From NCBI GenBank assembly GCA_019638485.1, contig JAHBTP010000005.1:23093-87092 (forward strand): DNA of 64,000 bases. Reading direction: 5' to 3'. A model generated the notes under the pieces. It searched no databases. It worked only from the letters and a program-made list of their open reading frames with translations, and was not told where the DNA came from. Source of the stretch: Ferruginibacter sp. GTDB taxonomy: Bacteria; Bacteroidota; Bacteroidia; Chitinophagales; Chitinophagaceae. This document shows positions 49,466 to 59,396 of the stretch, one piece after another (positions within the stretch are counted from its first letter, which is position 1; each line of letters starts with the position of its first letter). The translations under genes and the position numbers were made by a program.

Positions 49466-50911
49466 CTAAAAATGCTGTTCAAGATGCTGCACTATCACAT
49501 TAACATTATACTTATCCTTTAGATGTTTAGCCATCATATCAGCGGCATAGACACTTCTATGCTGTCCACCTGTACACCCAAAGTTGACAACTAAACTATC
49601 AAAATTCCTTTCTATATAATTTTCAATAGTGATATCAACAGTAGCAAATACCCGGCGCAAAAATTCCGGCATCTTGGTTTGAGTTTCCAGAAACTCTTTT
49701 ACGGCAATATCTCTGCCCGTTTTTGATTTAAATTCATCTAATCGCCCCGGATTTAAAATTCCTCTACAATCAAAAACAAAACCACCACCGTTATCTGAGG
49801 TATCTTTTGGATATCCTCTTTTAATAAAAGAAAAACTGTTTATCTGTACAATCAGTGGATTTTCTTTAGATGCCTTCTTTAGCTCATACCGTAAAATACC
49901 CTCATCACCGGTAATTTCTAATAGAACTCTTTTTAGTTCAGGATATGCATTATCTAAAGGATAGTGCTTTAATACCCATGCCAAACTTTTTAACGCAAAC
50001 GGTATGCTAATAAGAAAATGTTGCTTTTGTTGAAATAAACCCCGATAACCATAAGCTCCCAGCACTTGAAGTAACCGAAGTAAGGAGAGCTCCTTAAATT
50101 CATTTATTAACTCGGCACGTTTAACAGGAGTACCCAATTCATTTTCAATGCAATTCAAATAATACGCAAATAAATCATCTCTACATTGAGCAGACAAATC
50201 AGCTTTTGCCTGCCATAGCAAGGAAACAGCATCGTACACAATTGGTCCCTTCATCCCACCCTGATAGTCGATAAAAAAGACATCGTTATTTTTAATCAAA
50301 ATATTTCTTCCTTGAAAATCACGAAACATAAAATAGCTGTAACGGCTTTGGGTAAAGGTTTTAGCCAACTCCTCTAATTCCTTCATGAGTTTATCCCTGT
50401 GATAACCAACCCCGGTGGTATCTAGGAAGTAGAATTTAAAATAGAGTAAGTCATGTAATACTCCTACCTTATTAAATTCGGGAGATACCAGGGCAATTGA
50501 ATAATCCAATCCTTTATCTCCTAAAATTTGAATCTTAGCAAGTTGTTGCAAACTCTTACGGTACATTTCCAATACATCATCAATATTGCTCTGCTTTTCT
50601 TTATAATCCAGTAATGAAATATTTCCCAAATCTTCTTGTAAATACAAATCCCTATTTTTATTTACTGCATAAACTTCAGGCACTTGCAATTGAAGCTGTT
50701 TAAAATGAGTTGACCAATTAATAAAGGTTTCATTCTCTGGAATATTTGTATTAAAGGTTGCAATTAATGAAGGTTCTTTCGGTGATTTAAAGAGCACTCG
50801 GAAATACTTGCGGCTACTTCCACTCATTGGCAATTTATCAATGGTTGCCACTTCTTCCTTAGTAAAGGATGCGGTAAGCGATAGAATTTCAGCAATTACA
50901 CTATTATGCAT
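49466..50911 (-). CDS. fusion protein: AmgK-like anomeric sugar kinase (APH fold) + RapZ C-terminal domain
   Basis: Residues ~1-340 carry the APH/AmgK catalytic region (FRDFQGRNILIKNNDVFFIDYQGGMKGPIVYDAVSLL). The last ~130 aa match the RapZ C-domain blocks (FVFDCRGILNPGR, GCTGGQHRSV). Confidence 0.75.
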   Translation of the reverse strand: MHNSVIAEILSLTASFTKEEVATIDKLPMSGSSRKYFRVLFKSPKEPSLIATFNTNIPENETFINWSTHFKQLQLQVPEVYAVNKNRDLYLQEDLGNISLLDYKEKQSNIDDVLEMYRKSLQQLAKIQILGDKGLDYSIALVSPEFNKVGVLHDLLYFKFYFLDTTGVGYHRDKLMKELEELAKTFTQSRYSYFMFRDFQGRNILIKNNDVFFIDYQGGMKGPIVYDAVSLLWQAKADLSAQCRDDLFAYYLNCIENELGTPVKRAELINEFKELSLLRLLQVLGAYGYRGLFQQKQHFLISIPFALKSLAWVLKHYPLDNAYPELKRVLLEITGDEGILRYELKKASKENPLIVQINSFSFIKRGYPKDTSDNGGGFVFDCRGILNPGRLDEFKSKTGRDIAVKEFLETQTKMPEFLRRVFATVDITIENYIERNFDSLVVNFGCTGGQHRSVYAADMMAKHLKDKYNVNVIVQHLEQHF

Positions 50912-50970
50912 AAGGCAGATATAAAAATAAGCAATTAGACAATAGTATATGGCTTAAATCTTACCTGAAG

Positions 50971-51642
50971 TTAAACAACATCAAAACTATTCCTTGCCGG
51001 CAAATCTTTAAACATCACTTCAATTTTATGTTGCGACTCAGGAAAGATAATAGCCCATGCCGTCATACCAATTATAATCACATCGGTACTAAATGACATA
51101 TTGCATATATACCAATTTTCGAGAGAAGCCTTATAAGGATAGATAGCTTGGTACATCGCCTTAGGGTCTTGTGCTGCTGACAACATTTTTTCCTCATCTC
51201 TAAATACTAAAGAACCAATACCTGTTATACCCGGCCTTACACTATAAATATTTTTCTTCGTTTTCTCATCAAATAAATTATAGCTCACCTCCATTAATGG
51301 TCGTGGTCCAACTATACTCATATCGCCAATTAAAACATTTATTATTTGTGGGAGTTCATTAATCTTAGTTTTTCGCAACACCCTGCCAACCGGTGTAACA
51401 CGGGGGTCATTACGTAAAGTGATTTCTCCCGTTCCCATGTGTGGACTATTCTTTATCATAGTGGCAAACTTCCAAATATAAAATGGGCGGTTTCGATAGC
51501 CTACACGTTTTTGACGATAAAGTATTTCGTGCTCTCCTGTGAACAGAAGAATGATGCTCACTAAAAAGAATACCGGTAATAATATTACTAAGGCTACCAG
51601 AGCAATTAAAATATCAAGAAATCGTTTAATTGGCTTATACAT
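50971..51642 (-). CDS. small monotopic phosphoglycosyl transferase (PglC/WbaP C-domain type sugar transferase)
   Basis: [10 protein letters not shown] followed by a TM segment, WKFATM, and [10 protein letters not shown]. These match the bacterial sugar transferase family. Confidence 0.9.
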   Translation of the reverse strand: MYKPIKRFLDILIALVALVILLPVFFLVSIILLFTGEHEILYRQKRVGYRNRPFYIWKFATMIKNSPHMGTGEITLRNDPRVTPVGRVLRKTKINELPQIINVLIGDMSIVGPRPLMEVSYNLFDEKTKKNIYSVRPGITGIGSLVFRDEEKMLSAAQDPKAMYQAIYPYKASLENWYICNMSFSTDVIIIGMTAWAIIFPESQHKIEVMFKDLPARNSFDVV

Positions 51643-51649
51643 CTAAGCG

Positions 51650-52780
51650 TTAAAATACGGATTTTATAACATCTACCACTTTTTGCATTTCACTATCAGA
51701 AATATACGTTGAACACGGGATGCTCAAACAATTACGATAAATGAAATCGGAACAGTCATTTTGATGATAATATAAATCTTCAATAAACATAGGAAGTTGA
51801 TTCATCGGTATCCAAAATGGACGGCTTTGTAATTTTTCTTCGTTCAGCTTTTTCAGTATTTCTGCTTGTTTATTTGTTTTAATAGTAGGCATCCACCAAT
51901 TTGGATTTACATCCGCATCTACTTCCTGAAAAGAGATATCACCAATACCTTGAAGCGCTTGCTTATAAAAAGCGATAATTTCTTTTTTTCGTAAAAGGAA
52001 ATTCGGTAGTTGTTCCATCTGTGCAACACCCATAGCTGCCGCCATATTAACCAGCCTATAATTATATCCTATTTCATCATGAAAATATTCAAAAGGATCA
52101 CTCTTTGCCTGTGTGGAAAGGTGTTTTGCTCTCTTTGCAACTTTCTCATCGGAGGTAACAATCATTCCTCCGCCACCTGTGGTGATAATTTTATTGCCAT
52201 TATAGCTAAACGTACCCATCTTACCAAAGCTTCCGGCATGCTTCCCTTTGTAACAACTTCCTAATGCCTCTGTAGAATCTTCAATGATAGTAAGGTGATG
52301 GGTGGTGGCCAGGTTTACCAATCTATCCATATCACACATATTACCCAATACATGTACAGGCATAATAACCGGAATCCGTTTTCCGGAAGCCTTGTGAAAA
52401 CATTTGTCACCTCGTTGCTCTGTTTCTTCATCAAGGAATTTTTCAAGCAAGTCCAAATTCATCTGCCAGGAATCCGGATCCACATCTATTAAAACGGCTC
52501 TGGCTCCTGTGTAACAAATAGAATTAAGTGTAGCTACAAAGGTTATATTTTGTGTGATAACTAAATCTCCGGATTGAACCCCTTCAATAATAAGACAGGT
52601 ATGCAACGCGGTAGTACCGCTGCTTGTTGCCACAGCATAAGGGGTTCCGGCATAAGCTGCTGTCATTTTCTCAAACTGGTCAACATAAGCACCAACACTG
52701 CTCACCCAGCCGGTATCAAGACACTCCTTTACATATTTCCATTCATTGCCGCAAATATTAGGGCCACTTAGCAAAACCAT
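51650..52780 (-). CDS. DegT/DnrJ/EryC1/StrS family sugar aminotransferase
   Basis: Fold-type I sugar aminotransferase with PLP-lysine context FSYNGNKIITTGGGGMI. Confidence 0.9.
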   Translation of the reverse strand: MVLLSGPNICGNEWKYVKECLDTGWVSSVGAYVDQFEKMTAAYAGTPYAVATSSGTTALHTCLIIEGVQSGDLVITQNITFVATLNSICYTGARAVLIDVDPDSWQMNLDLLEKFLDEETEQRGDKCFHKASGKRIPVIMPVHVLGNMCDMDRLVNLATTHHLTIIEDSTEALGSCYKGKHAGSFGKMGTFSYNGNKIITTGGGGMIVTSDEKVAKRAKHLSTQAKSDPFEYFHDEIGYNYRLVNMAAAMGVAQMEQLPNFLLRKKEIIAFYKQALQGIGDISFQEVDADVNPNWWMPTIKTNKQAEILKKLNEEKLQSRPFWIPMNQLPMFIEDLYYHQNDCSDFIYRNCLSIPCSTYISDSEMQKVVDVIKSVF

Positions 52781-52836
52781 ACTTAAAAGTTTTGCGCAAA
52801 TTACAACAAAGGAGTTGCGAATAGCAATAATAAAAG

Positions 52837-53808
52837 TTAGATATTTCTAAACTTCTGAGTATAGGGGTCTGTTACAATCCCTGATTTTATTAGGCGATAA
52901 ATTTCACGAATCCCGTCGGGAACGGTTTTGGTAATAGTATAACCCAGTTCATTTTTAATTTTATCAAAATTAACCCTGTAGTCTCTAGGGTCTTCAGTGC
53001 TTTCAACAAATTTCACTTTTACATTAGGAACCACCTTACACACCTCTTCAATAATCATTCCTTTACTATAATTTTCTTGGGTGCTTCCCACGTTAAAAAC
53101 GTTTGCTCGTACCTTTTCTTCAGGGCTTTCCAAAACCAAGCTAACTGAACGAGCCAGGTCTTCGACATGACAATACGGTCTCCAGAACTGTGCTCCCCAA
53201 ATTTCTTGTTCGCCATTAAAAGCAGCGTTTCTGGTAAACTCATTTACTGTTAAATCAAAGCGAATACGTGGAGAGAAACCATAAACTGTGCTAAAGCGTA
53301 ATGAAGTACAGCACATAGGAGAATTCTTGTTCTCTTCCAGTAAAAATTGTTCGTACTTCACCTTTAGTTCTGCATAAAGGGAAATAGGGTTTAGCGGAGA
53401 AGTTTCAAATACGAAGGAATTAGGATCAGGCATTTTACCATAATTACTGCATGTACTGGCAAATACAAATTTTCTAACTCCACTTTTTTCTGCCTCTGTA
53501 AAAAGGTTCACACCTCCCATCCAATTCGTTTCCTGTGCTTCATCACTAAACTTTTTACAAGCAGGGTCCCCAACAATAGCTGCAAGATGAGCCACAGCAT
53601 CTATACCTTTTACTGCCTTTTTTACATCTTCAACATTTCTCAAGTCTCCTTTAAAAAATTCAAAATTAGGATTGAGCATTACATCATACAATGCATCTCC
53701 TCCAAACTTCAAACTATCAATGACACGTACATAATAACCCTTATCTAACAGCTGCCGAACTAATACGGAACCGATATATCCGGCTCCTCCGGTAACCAAA
53801 ACCTTCAT
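52837..53808 (-). CDS. NAD-dependent epimerase/dehydratase (SDR)
   Basis: VLVTGGAGYIGS and the catalytic YAELK (YxxxK). Confidence 0.9.
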   Translation of the reverse strand: MKVLVTGGAGYIGSVLVRQLLDKGYYVRVIDSLKFGGDALYDVMLNPNFEFFKGDLRNVEDVKKAVKGIDAVAHLAAIVGDPACKKFSDEAQETNWMGGVNLFTEAEKSGVRKFVFASTCSNYGKMPDPNSFVFETSPLNPISLYAELKVKYEQFLLEENKNSPMCCTSLRFSTVYGFSPRIRFDLTVNEFTRNAAFNGEQEIWGAQFWRPYCHVEDLARSVSLVLESPEEKVRANVFNVGSTQENYSKGMIIEEVCKVVPNVKVKFVESTEDPRDYRVNFDKIKNELGYTITKTVPDGIREIYRLIKSGIVTDPYTQKFRNI

Positions 53809-53812
53809 GTAT

Positions 53813-54439
53813 TTACTTTTTTTCTGTTTTTAAAATATGTGCCGGGTTTCCTACCACAACACAATTATCATCTATATTATTTAATACCACAGCGCCGGCT
53901 CCAACAGTTACATTCTTTCCAATTTCCACACCCTGTTTAATTACAGCACCTGCACCAATAAAGCTCAATTCACCCACTGTTACATTTCCACAAAGTACGG
54001 CACCCGGGCCAATATGAGCAAAATCAGCCACATTACATTCATGTTCAATAATACAACCGGTATTACAAATTGTTGCATTACCTACTCTTGCTAATGGATT
54101 AATCACAACCCCCGCAGCTATTAAAACACCACTATTAGCCACTTTGGCTGAGCTGTCAATTATTGCAGATGGATGTATTGCATTTTCTGCATAACGGCCT
54201 AAAACAGCAAAATGATTAAACACTTTTTTTCGGATATGATTATCTCCTACCCCAACAAAAAACGGTTGCTTCATAACTGCTTGAAAACCTTCACCTGTCA
54301 TTTCGCTACCTAAAAAATGCAACCCAAAAGGATTCTTAGATTTTTCATCCACATCACAATAAGCGGTTACAGGATTGCCTACAGCATGTAATACACCGCA
54401 ACAAACAAAAGCATGACCTGAATATCCAATAATAATCAT
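53813..54439 (-). CDS. PglD/NeuD-family sugar N-acetyltransferase (left-handed beta-helix)
   Basis: N-terminal IIIGYSGHA followed by hexapeptide repeats (IGPGAVLCGNVTVGELSFIGAGAVIKQGVEIGKNVTVGAGAVV). The ATG at 54439 is preferred over the TTG at 54475. Confidence 0.85.
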   Translation of the reverse strand: MIIIGYSGHAFVCCGVLHAVGNPVTAYCDVDEKSKNPFGLHFLGSEMTGEGFQAVMKQPFFVGVGDNHIRKKVFNHFAVLGRYAENAIHPSAIIDSSAKVANSGVLIAAGVVINPLARVGNATICNTGCIIEHECNVADFAHIGPGAVLCGNVTVGELSFIGAGAVIKQGVEIGKNVTVGAGAVVLNNIDDNCVVVGNPAHILKTEKK

Positions 54440-54579
54440 TTTTAACCTATTTCGTCCTAATGGAAATATCTGCAAATGTATGTAGTAAAAGCAGTTTATT
54501 TATGGATTTATTAATTGCACTTCCATAGCTTTAAATAGGTATCAATAACTATTTGTTTTTTGAACTCCTGAATAACTCT

Positions 54580-54846
54580 CTATCCTCCGGGTTTTCCCAA
54601 TTCCAACCAGGTTTGCTCATTTAGCATTAACATCTTCACCCTTTTTATTGCCCAATCATCAGTATTTCTAATCAAACAAAAATACCCGGTAATTTCAGCA
54701 TCGGCAATTTTCCGACAACCGGAGACATCGCAGGCAATTGTGCCCTTCCCATAGATGCCGCCTAAAGAAATACATTGTTCATTTCTTCCTGCAATAATAA
54801 TTATACCATTAAAACCTGTATTAGTTAAGGTAGGTGTTAATTTCTG
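54580..54846 (-). pseudogene. C-terminal remnant of a GT1/GT4-type glycosyltransferase
   Basis: An 88-codon open frame with no start codon. It reads ...GFNGIIIIAGRNEQCISLGGIYGKGTIACDVSGCRKIADAEITGYFCLIRNTDDWAIKRVKMLMLNE..., resembling the C-terminal G-x-P-V-I-A-x-D-x-G-G...G-x-L-V block of GT4 enzymes. Confidence 0.4.
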
Positions 54847-54896
54847 CTAATTTCATTGGTGATTATAATGGTATTCTCTAAAAATGACAATTCTCT

Positions 54897-56738
54897 TTAT
54901 GCAAGATAAATTCGTTTATACCATACCTCAAGGCAGAATAACATCCACAAAATTTTTGCTCTCTTTTCTGCGGGTATCCGTACCCGTTCGTCAAATAAAT
55001 TTGTAATAAATTCTTTTTGTATCAGCGCCGGACTTAATGCATTTGTAGATAACAAATAATCTCCAATAATTTCTTTCAATTGTCCGTTTACCCAATCTTT
55101 TAATGGCACTTCAAATCCCCTTTTAGGTTGATGTATAATGGATTCGGGTAAATATTTTTTAGCTATTGTACGCAATAGCACTTTAGTTGATGCTCCTTTA
55201 ATTTTATAATCATCACTTAATCCCGGAATATAATTCATTAACTCCATGGATAAGAATGGGCTTCTTCCTTCCAGAGAATTTGACATAGAAGCAATATCCA
55301 TTTTAACCAATAAATCACTAAACAAATTAGTATCAAAATCCAAGTTCATTATCTTTTTTAAACCGGAAAGGTTAGCCTGTGAAATAAAATTGAAATCCCT
55401 GCGCATACTCATCATATCTTCACCCTCTCCCAGTAAAAGATTATGCTCAAATCCTTCTAAAATATCTAATCCTGCTGAAAAGTAAACTTCTAATCCCTTT
55501 TTCCCTGACAATTCTAACAGCCGATAAATAAAATTATAGCGCGACTTTTTATCATTTGGGTAAGGCAAAAGGGAAGCAAGGGCTCTAGCTCCAAAAGTTA
55601 TTAGTGCATTCTTTTTGAAGAAATCCATTTTTGAAAAGGGCACATAACGCCGGTAACCTCCAAATAGCTCATCAGCCCCATCTCCGTTAAGAATAACTTT
55701 TACATGCTTTCGTGCCTCACGTGCCACATAGTAGGAAGGGATGGCGCTACTATCAAAATATGGCTCACCATAATTCATTATAATCTGTTCGATATCGTTA
55801 CGCAATCCATCAAATGAAATATCAATTTCAGCATGATTGGTATTGTATCGTTCGGCTACAAGCCTTGCTAAAGGGGCTTCATTATACGTTCCTTGAAAAG
55901 AAACAGTAAAAGTTTTTAATTGAGGCTTGTATGGTGCAGCTAATGCTACAACTAGCCCACTATCAATACCTCCACTCAAGAAGCTCCCTACTTCCACATC
56001 ACTTAACGTCAGTCTTCGATGAATAGAAGACTCAATTAATGTTTCTGTCTTTTCCAATGCTTCTGAAAAAGTATCATGACTTTTATTACAATATTGTTCA
56101 TGTATATTCCACCACCGGTGTTCTTCCTTCTTTAAAGTAATTGTATTAAACCTAATCCATGTTCCAGCAAGCATTTCCTGCACATGCCTGTAAGGTGTAA
56201 ACTGACGATAAAAGACACCTAACCTAAAATAATGGCTAAAAATATCTCCATTCATTTCAAGAGGCAAAAAGCTTTTTAAGCAATTCAATTCACTGGCAAA
56301 AACAAGTTGATCTCCTTTATCATAAATATATAGTGGCTTTTTTCCTGCTCGGTCTCTAGCAAGAAAAATCTCATGTTCCTTTCTATCATAAATCGCAAAG
56401 GCAAACATTCCATCAAGATGATGCAGCATATTTACTCCGAGCTTTTTGTAAAGCAACAACAGCGTTTCTGTATCCGACCTTGTTTCGCCTTCCAAATGGA
56501 ATCGTTTTCTAAGATCAAGATGATTGTAAATTTGGCCATTAAAAATAATAGAATACCTGCTGTTCAAATGCATTGGCTGCGCTCCGCCTTCAACGTCTAA
56601 AATAGATAGCCGAAGGTGGATAAGATGAACATTATCATGAATAAACTCTTGTTGTGCATCGGGCCCCCGATGCAGCAAGGCGGACTTAACCTTTTGAAAT
56701 GGCAACTGAATATTAACTGCCCCTGCAATACCACACAT
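54897..56738 (-). CDS. asparagine synthase (glutamine-hydrolysing) family amidotransferase
   Basis: N-terminal MCGIAG (Ntn Cys) and the PP-loop SGGIDS. It sits inside the polysaccharide locus. Confidence 0.9.
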   Translation of the reverse strand: MCGIAGAVNIQLPFQKVKSALLHRGPDAQQEFIHDNVHLIHLRLSILDVEGGAQPMHLNSRYSIIFNGQIYNHLDLRKRFHLEGETRSDTETLLLLYKKLGVNMLHHLDGMFAFAIYDRKEHEIFLARDRAGKKPLYIYDKGDQLVFASELNCLKSFLPLEMNGDIFSHYFRLGVFYRQFTPYRHVQEMLAGTWIRFNTITLKKEEHRWWNIHEQYCNKSHDTFSEALEKTETLIESSIHRRLTLSDVEVGSFLSGGIDSGLVVALAAPYKPQLKTFTVSFQGTYNEAPLARLVAERYNTNHAEIDISFDGLRNDIEQIIMNYGEPYFDSSAIPSYYVAREARKHVKVILNGDGADELFGGYRRYVPFSKMDFFKKNALITFGARALASLLPYPNDKKSRYNFIYRLLELSGKKGLEVYFSAGLDILEGFEHNLLLGEGEDMMSMRRDFNFISQANLSGLKKIMNLDFDTNLFSDLLVKMDIASMSNSLEGRSPFLSMELMNYIPGLSDDYKIKGASTKVLLRTIAKKYLPESIIHQPKRGFEVPLKDWVNGQLKEIIGDYLLSTNALSPALIQKEFITNLFDERVRIPAEKRAKILWMLFCLEVWYKRIYLA

Positions 56739-56842
56739 GAAGCAATAGGTTTAAACAAAAATAACAGCTAATTATTGAATACAAGAAAGGTTTTTAAGAT
56801 AAATTTGTCACAACTCAATTTTAACCGGCGCATAACTTCCCA

Positions 56843-58195
56843 ATGGACATCTTTGATTTTATTGTTTTTTTCATCTGGGTTTTTATTTTTTATATCCTAC
56901 TAGCTATCAGGCGAAAGCGTTATCAGGATCCATTTTTTCGTAAACATATCATTCGCGCATTTTGGGTAAAAGTTTTTGCGACTTTGTGCTATAGCTTTTT
57001 TGTATTATATCTTTCACCCGGTGATACTACCCTGCTTTATTTTCCGGAGGCGGCAAATATTCGGCAAATGATTTTGAAAGATCCCTCAAAGGTTTCAATT
57101 CTATTTCACGCTGCCACTGACTTTGATCAAACCCAACTTACCACAAATGCTAATTTGGGATATTTTGACACTGAAGGGAATTTTATGGTCACTCGTATCG
57201 CTGCCATTTTTTCTTTCTTCACATTTGGTAAATTTTTAGCCACTAATCTCTTTTTTTCAATGTTTGCGCTTACTGGAGCGTGGAAACTATTTCGTTTTTT
57301 TTATAATCAGTATCCTAATTTGAAAAGACAAATTGCTATTGCCACACTATATCTACCTTCCCTTGTTTTTTGGGGAGCAGGTATATTAAAAGATCCTTTA
57401 TGCACAGGCTCAATTGGATTTATGACTTATGCCATTTTCAATGCCTTTGTTTTAAAAAAGCATATAATAAAGAACATCATTACCTTCTCATTTTTTAGCT
57501 GGCTTCTCTATATTGTAAAGTCATACATTTTTGTTTCTTACCTTCCGTTCCTTATATTGTTTTTAATTTTAAGCAAGCTTGCTCTTGTAGAAAATATACT
57601 CCTAAAAGCATTTATTGTTTTATTGTTTATTACCGGAAGTGTTTTCGCATTCTTACGCTTTACTGAGTCTGAGCGGAATGTTTTTGGAAATTTTGCCACA
57701 CAAGGGATTGGCGAATCTGTGCTTCATTATCAGAGAGAATTTCAGCAAAAGGATTTTGCAGAATCAACTTTTTCTTTGGGTGTAGAGTTTGACGGATCAA
57801 TAATAAGTTTAGTAAAAATTGGTCCGGCGGCTGTTGCTGCAACACTATTTAGACCGTTTATTTGGGAATCAAGAAAAATCAGCACTTTGCTATCATCGCT
57901 TGAGGGTTTGGTTATAATGCTATTTACCGCTTATGTATTCCTGAGGGTTGGTCTTTTTAAATTTATAGGGGCAATTTTCAGGAGCCCTATTATAATGTAT
58001 TGTTTTACTTTTTCTATTTTATTTTCTCTTTTTGTAGGAGCAACTACATTAAATTTTGGATCGCTGGTAAGATATAAGATTCCCGGTATGCCGTTTTTTA
58101 TTATGTCGCTCTTTCTTATTTTAGACATTTACAAAAAGGGAAAAGAGAATAAAGAGTTGAAAAATAATGAGCGTGTGACTATTCCTGAGGTTTAG
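56843..58195 (+). CDS. polytopic membrane protein of the polysaccharide locus (possible polymerase/ligase-like)
   Basis: 450 aa with at least 10 hydrophobic helices. I recognised no family motif; the functional guess comes from context only. Confidence 0.5.
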   Translation: MDIFDFIVFFIWVFIFYILLAIRRKRYQDPFFRKHIIRAFWVKVFATLCYSFFVLYLSPGDTTLLYFPEAANIRQMILKDPSKVSILFHAATDFDQTQLTTNANLGYFDTEGNFMVTRIAAIFSFFTFGKFLATNLFFSMFALTGAWKLFRFFYNQYPNLKRQIAIATLYLPSLVFWGAGILKDPLCTGSIGFMTYAIFNAFVLKKHIIKNIITFSFFSWLLYIVKSYIFVSYLPFLILFLILSKLALVENILLKAFIVLLFITGSVFAFLRFTESERNVFGNFATQGIGESVLHYQREFQQKDFAESTFSLGVEFDGSIISLVKIGPAAVAATLFRPFIWESRKISTLLSSLEGLVIMLFTAYVFLRVGLFKFIGAIFRSPIIMYCFTFSILFSLFVGATTLNFGSLVRYKIPGMPFFIMSLFLILDIYKKGKENKELKNNERVTIPEV

Positions 58196-59193
58196 CCTTT
58201 AACGGGATCAGCATGACGAACCAAATCCGATTCCGGAAACATAGAGAGCCAAAGATCTTTCATATAAAATAATACAGACTCAGAAATAAGATTATGCTTT
58301 CTACCTAATTTCTGCACAATATCATCAGGGAAAGTGGTGAAATTATTTCTTATGGCATCCACTGCAGGCCATACCATAAAGCTAAGCTTCTTAACCCTAT
58401 CCGTACGCTGAAAAATCAAAATAGCTGCTGCAAAGGCAAACAAAAAACCAACATAATTCACAAAAGCCAATACAGTATTATTCCATTTAGATTTATGAAT
58501 AAAAAAGCGATTACGTAAATAAAAATACATCTTCCAAGTGGAACGATATTCCCAATCACTTTTATAAGAAAATGCACAAGATGGATGATAATGAAGAGCT
58601 GATGTAATTGTGTAGGTAGGAAATTTATTTGCTTTGGTGATACGAAAGAGGTATTCTGTTTCATCACCCCAAACAAACAAGGATTTTTTAGGAAGTCCCA
58701 CTCTCTCTACGATAGATCGGTGAATTAAAGTACCATTAAAAGGATGGCACACTCCTTCAATTTTTTCTTCCTTTACATCATCAATTGTTTGGTAGCCCTT
58801 GGTTTTCCAAACAAATGTCTTTTTATCTTCTTTATTTATTACTGCACAATTAAGCAATGCTCGTTCGTTCCCTTCATTCTTTAATAAATGGTGGAGCGCA
58901 TCGGGATGTGGATATCCGTCATCATCCATACACCAAATCCATGAATAGCCTTTTTGGAATGCCCATGAAATACCTGTATTAAACCCTCCTCCGGATCCAC
59001 AATTTTCTTGTGAAATAAAAAATATCCCTTCCTGTTTCTCCAACCAGATTTCAGTATCATCTGTACTGCCATTATTAATAACTAAAATAGCATCCGGTTT
59101 ATGGGACTGCGCTTTTAACGCTTCAATACATTCAGAAAGCATTTTGAGTCTATTGCACGATACAACGACTGCGATGACTTTTTCACGGGACAT
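58192..59193 (-). CDS. family 2 glycosyltransferase (candidate galactofuranosyltransferase by context)
   Basis: IAVVVSCNR, INNGSTDDT and CMDDDG (DxD) are GT2 motifs. It is adjacent to glf. Confidence 0.85.
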   Translation of the reverse strand: MSREKVIAVVVSCNRLKMLSECIEALKAQSHKPDAILVINNGSTDDTEIWLEKQEGIFFISQENCGSGGGFNTGISWAFQKGYSWIWCMDDDGYPHPDALHHLLKNEGNERALLNCAVINKEDKKTFVWKTKGYQTIDDVKEEKIEGVCHPFNGTLIHRSIVERVGLPKKSLFVWGDETEYLFRITKANKFPTYTITSALHYHPSCAFSYKSDWEYRSTWKMYFYLRNRFFIHKSKWNNTVLAFVNYVGFLFAFAAAILIFQRTDRVKKLSFMVWPAVDAIRNNFTTFPDDIVQKLGRKHNLISESVLFYMKDLWLSMFPESDLVRHADPVKG

Positions 59194-59396
59194 ACGGATT
59201 TTGTTTTATTAAAACACAGAATAATCTTATAACGCCTGTAGCCCTTTGTTATTGTGATAATAGGGTATCTATGTTAGAATTAATAAAGTGAAATAATTTC
59301 GGTATGTAACACAAGCCGGTCTGATTGCACTCATCTTTGCATATTGACACTCAACAGTTTACACAATTATAAAAAGACATGTAATTGCTTTATGTG

